Shown: positions 62,166 to 64,000 of the stretch, one piece after another
Position numbering within the stretch: the stretch's first letter is position 1
Layout: every line of letters begins with the position of its first letter
Assembly (NCBI GenBank): GCA_038243585.1
Contig: JBBSQY010000015.1
Span: forward strand, 1 to 64,000
From: Candidatus Sumerlaeales bacterium
GTDB lineage: Bacteria; Sumerlaeota; Sumerlaeia; Sumerlaeales; Sumerlaeaceae
Length of the DNA stretch: 64,000 nucleotides
Direction of reading: 5' to 3'
Program-made: the position numbers and the translations under genes
Notes under the pieces: generated by a model
Told to the model about the DNA's origin: nothing
The model's database searches: none
What the model saw: only the letters and a program-made list of their open reading frames with translations

Positions 62166-64000
62166 TCAGTAGGATTTTGGACTAGCTGGCGTTACCTCGG
62201 AGCGCGTAGGGACAGATGTCCTGGAGGTGTCGGACACGTCGGGCACAGTGGACTGGTCCGGCTGGTCAGGGATGTTTAAATTGTCCGATTCATCAATTAT
62301 ACCTGCCAACGCCGGCTGTTTTTCCGCTTCGGCGACAGCCTCTTCGGTGGTCATACCGTCAGCTGTCGGTATATTACCCATTCCCGGCGCGGTTTTTTCA
62401 CGAATGTAGCGTCCCACATTGGCAAGGTGCTGGGCATAGGTTTCTGCAAAAGCATGATGCCCGTCACCTTTATGTACATAATAGAGAAAATTGGTCTTTG
62501 GTGCCTGAAACGTTGCCGCCAGGCTTTCAATACGGGGGCTCGCGATGGGGCCGGGAGGCAGGCCTTTTATCTTGTAAGTATTGTACGGATGCTCTGCCAG
62601 GTAATCAGAGTTATTTAGCTTTCGCCAGTCATTTAAGGCGTAATTTACAGTGGCGTCAATTTGGAGCGGCATTTTCTGGCTCAGGCGGTTGAAGATTACC
62701 GAGGCGATAACCGGCCGGTCTACATCCAACCTGGCTTCCCGTTCAATCAACGATGCCATTATTACATGCTCGTGAAAAGACAGGCCAGTAGAAGTTAATT
62801 TGTCTTTAAGCTCGGTTTCAACCTTCATCTGAAAGGTGCCGACCATCAGCCGCACCAGTTCATCCTCTTTCATTCCAGGGGCAAAATAGTAGGTACTGGG
62901 GTATAAATAGCCTTCCAGGGTTGGCGCGTCAATACCGACGGTCTTGATAAATTCGGGATCGGTAACGAAACTTAAAAAAGCTTTTGCGTCAAAATTTTTG
63001 TATTGATCAGCGACGATTTGTCCAACTTCTACAGCAGTCTTTCCCTCTGGAATAGTGATCTTGAAGTCTTTAGAGCCGGCAATTAGCTTCGAGTAAACTT
63101 CTTGCAGGTTTTGGCCGGACTCGATTTTATAGACTCCCGGTTTAACCTTGTTGCTGTTCTCAAAAGCATACGCGAGGTAGCGCATAAGGTAGCGATCATC
63201 CAGTCCCATAAAGCCGCCAAGCAGGCCTTGCTTATGCATAGTATCAATTACGGACCGAAAGCTCTCTCCGGGGCGAACCGTTACGGTTGTGACGCGGTCA
63301 GTGTCTTTGGAATCATAGAGTCGATGTTTTATATACCAGGCGTAGCTGCCTGCGAGCGCCAAAACGCCTAAACCTACAACCGCCAGCAACAGCAGAATCA
63401 TCCGGCCAAACAGTTTGAAAAGTTGGTTTCCGGCCCCACCGCCGCCCCCTTTAACCACCACTTCCTGAAGCGGAAAATCTTCCGTCTCTTCCGGCGGGGA
63501 CGCGGGCACAGCTTCGGGAAAATCAAAAAATGGCACGGACTCATTGGCTCGAGTATCATCAGCCTTGCCCGACAAAGGGTGCGATCCTTCCGCATTATTA
63601 GGAGAAAACGGACCGGAAAATGCCTTTAATAAACTGCTGGAATACACCGTGCCTCGCGGCGGCGTGGCCAGAGTTTCAAAAAACACCATCCCGGTGGGCC
63701 GCCATCCAGCTACCGGGTCCTCGATGCCATCTTCCCGGATCCGCATTGGACCGGGCAATCCACCGGAGGTGTCTGGCTGAAAAGGCTGCGCTGCGCCTTC
63801 AGCTATCCGATGATCTAAATCTGCTCCGACTCGACTGATGGGACCGTCAGCGGCTTCTGGATGCAACGCGCCGAGACCGCTGGCGATGCTTTCGGCGAGA
63901 AATGCATCGGCACTGGGAAGGCTATCGTCTTTTTTAAAGCCGGGAATCATTTCAAGAGTTGGTTCATCAGCGTCCCAGTGAACAAAGGCCTGATCGAGCA
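62166..64000 (-). CDS. mltG: Endolytic transglycosylase MltG with long acidic N-terminal extension (5' end may lie beyond the window)
   Basis: TIPEG, LEGYLYPSTY, ASLIERE, IASVIFNRL, LQIDATV, YNTY...GLPPGPI. No in-frame stop between 63950 and the window end. Confidence 0.9.
   Translation of the reverse strand, partial: LDQAFVHWDADEPTLEMIPGFKKDDSLPSADAFLAESIASGLGALHPEAADGPISRVGADLDHRIAEGAAQPFQPDTSGGLPGPMRIREDGIEDPVAGWRPTGMVFFETLATPPRGTVYSSSLLKAFSGPFSPNNAEGSHPLSGKADDTRANESVPFFDFPEAVPASPPEETEDFPLQEVVVKGGGGGAGNQLFKLFGRMILLLLAVVGLGVLALAGSYAWYIKHRLYDSKDTDRVTTVTVRPGESFRSVIDTMHKQGLLGGFMGLDDRYLMRYLAYAFENSNKVKPGVYKIESGQNLQEVYSKLIAGSKDFKITIPEGKTAVEVGQIVADQYKNFDAKAFLSFVTDPEFIKTVGIDAPTLEGYLYPSTYYFAPGMKEDELVRLMVGTFQMKVETELKDKLTSTGLSFHEHVIMASLIEREARLDVDRPVIASVIFNRLSQKMPLQIDATVNYALNDWRKLNNSDYLAEHPYNTYKIKGLPPGPIASPRIESLAATFQAPKTNFLYYVHKGDGHHAFAETYAQHLANVGRYIREKTAPGMGNIPTADGMTTEEAVAEAEKQPALAGIIDESDNLNIPDQPDQSTVPDVSDTSRTSVPTRSEVTPASPKSY

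Overview
A 64-kb bacterial chromosomal segment of moderate to high GC, with about 45 protein genes. I found no rRNA, tRNA, CRISPR array, prophage or transposase. Housekeeping genes include gatA, fmt, glgA, ftsH, typA, rhaB plus a rhamnose isomerase, cobO, corA, thiE, thrC, aroB, nnr, larE, moeB, namZ, truB, psd-pssA and mltG. They are interleaved with many envelope genes: two GT-C-like membrane glycosyltransferases, a radical SAM/MBOAT/SGNH trio, a probable S-layer-like protein, a large GH18 plus lamin-tail protein, a GspK-like pseudopilin, a TolB/TPR lipoprotein and a GT4-GT2-WecA-like-GT2 cluster. The most striking signal is that two unrelated secreted enzymes end in nearly the same decapeptide (NAAANWALYE* and ASVADFGLYE*), a candidate C-terminal protein-sorting signal. 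From memory only, this tail resembles those of Candidatus Sumerlaeota (BRC1) proteins; the taxonomy is unverified. Other points of note are a ChpT-like pseudo-histidine kinase, a degenerate WecA/MraY homologue, an Fe-S-type LarE next to a MoeB-rhodanese fusion, sigma-54-like promoters, a GTAG-type REP cluster flanking a small basic ORF, and a single-base frameshift at a lipase nucleophile elbow. All calls come from reading motifs by eye; no searches were run.
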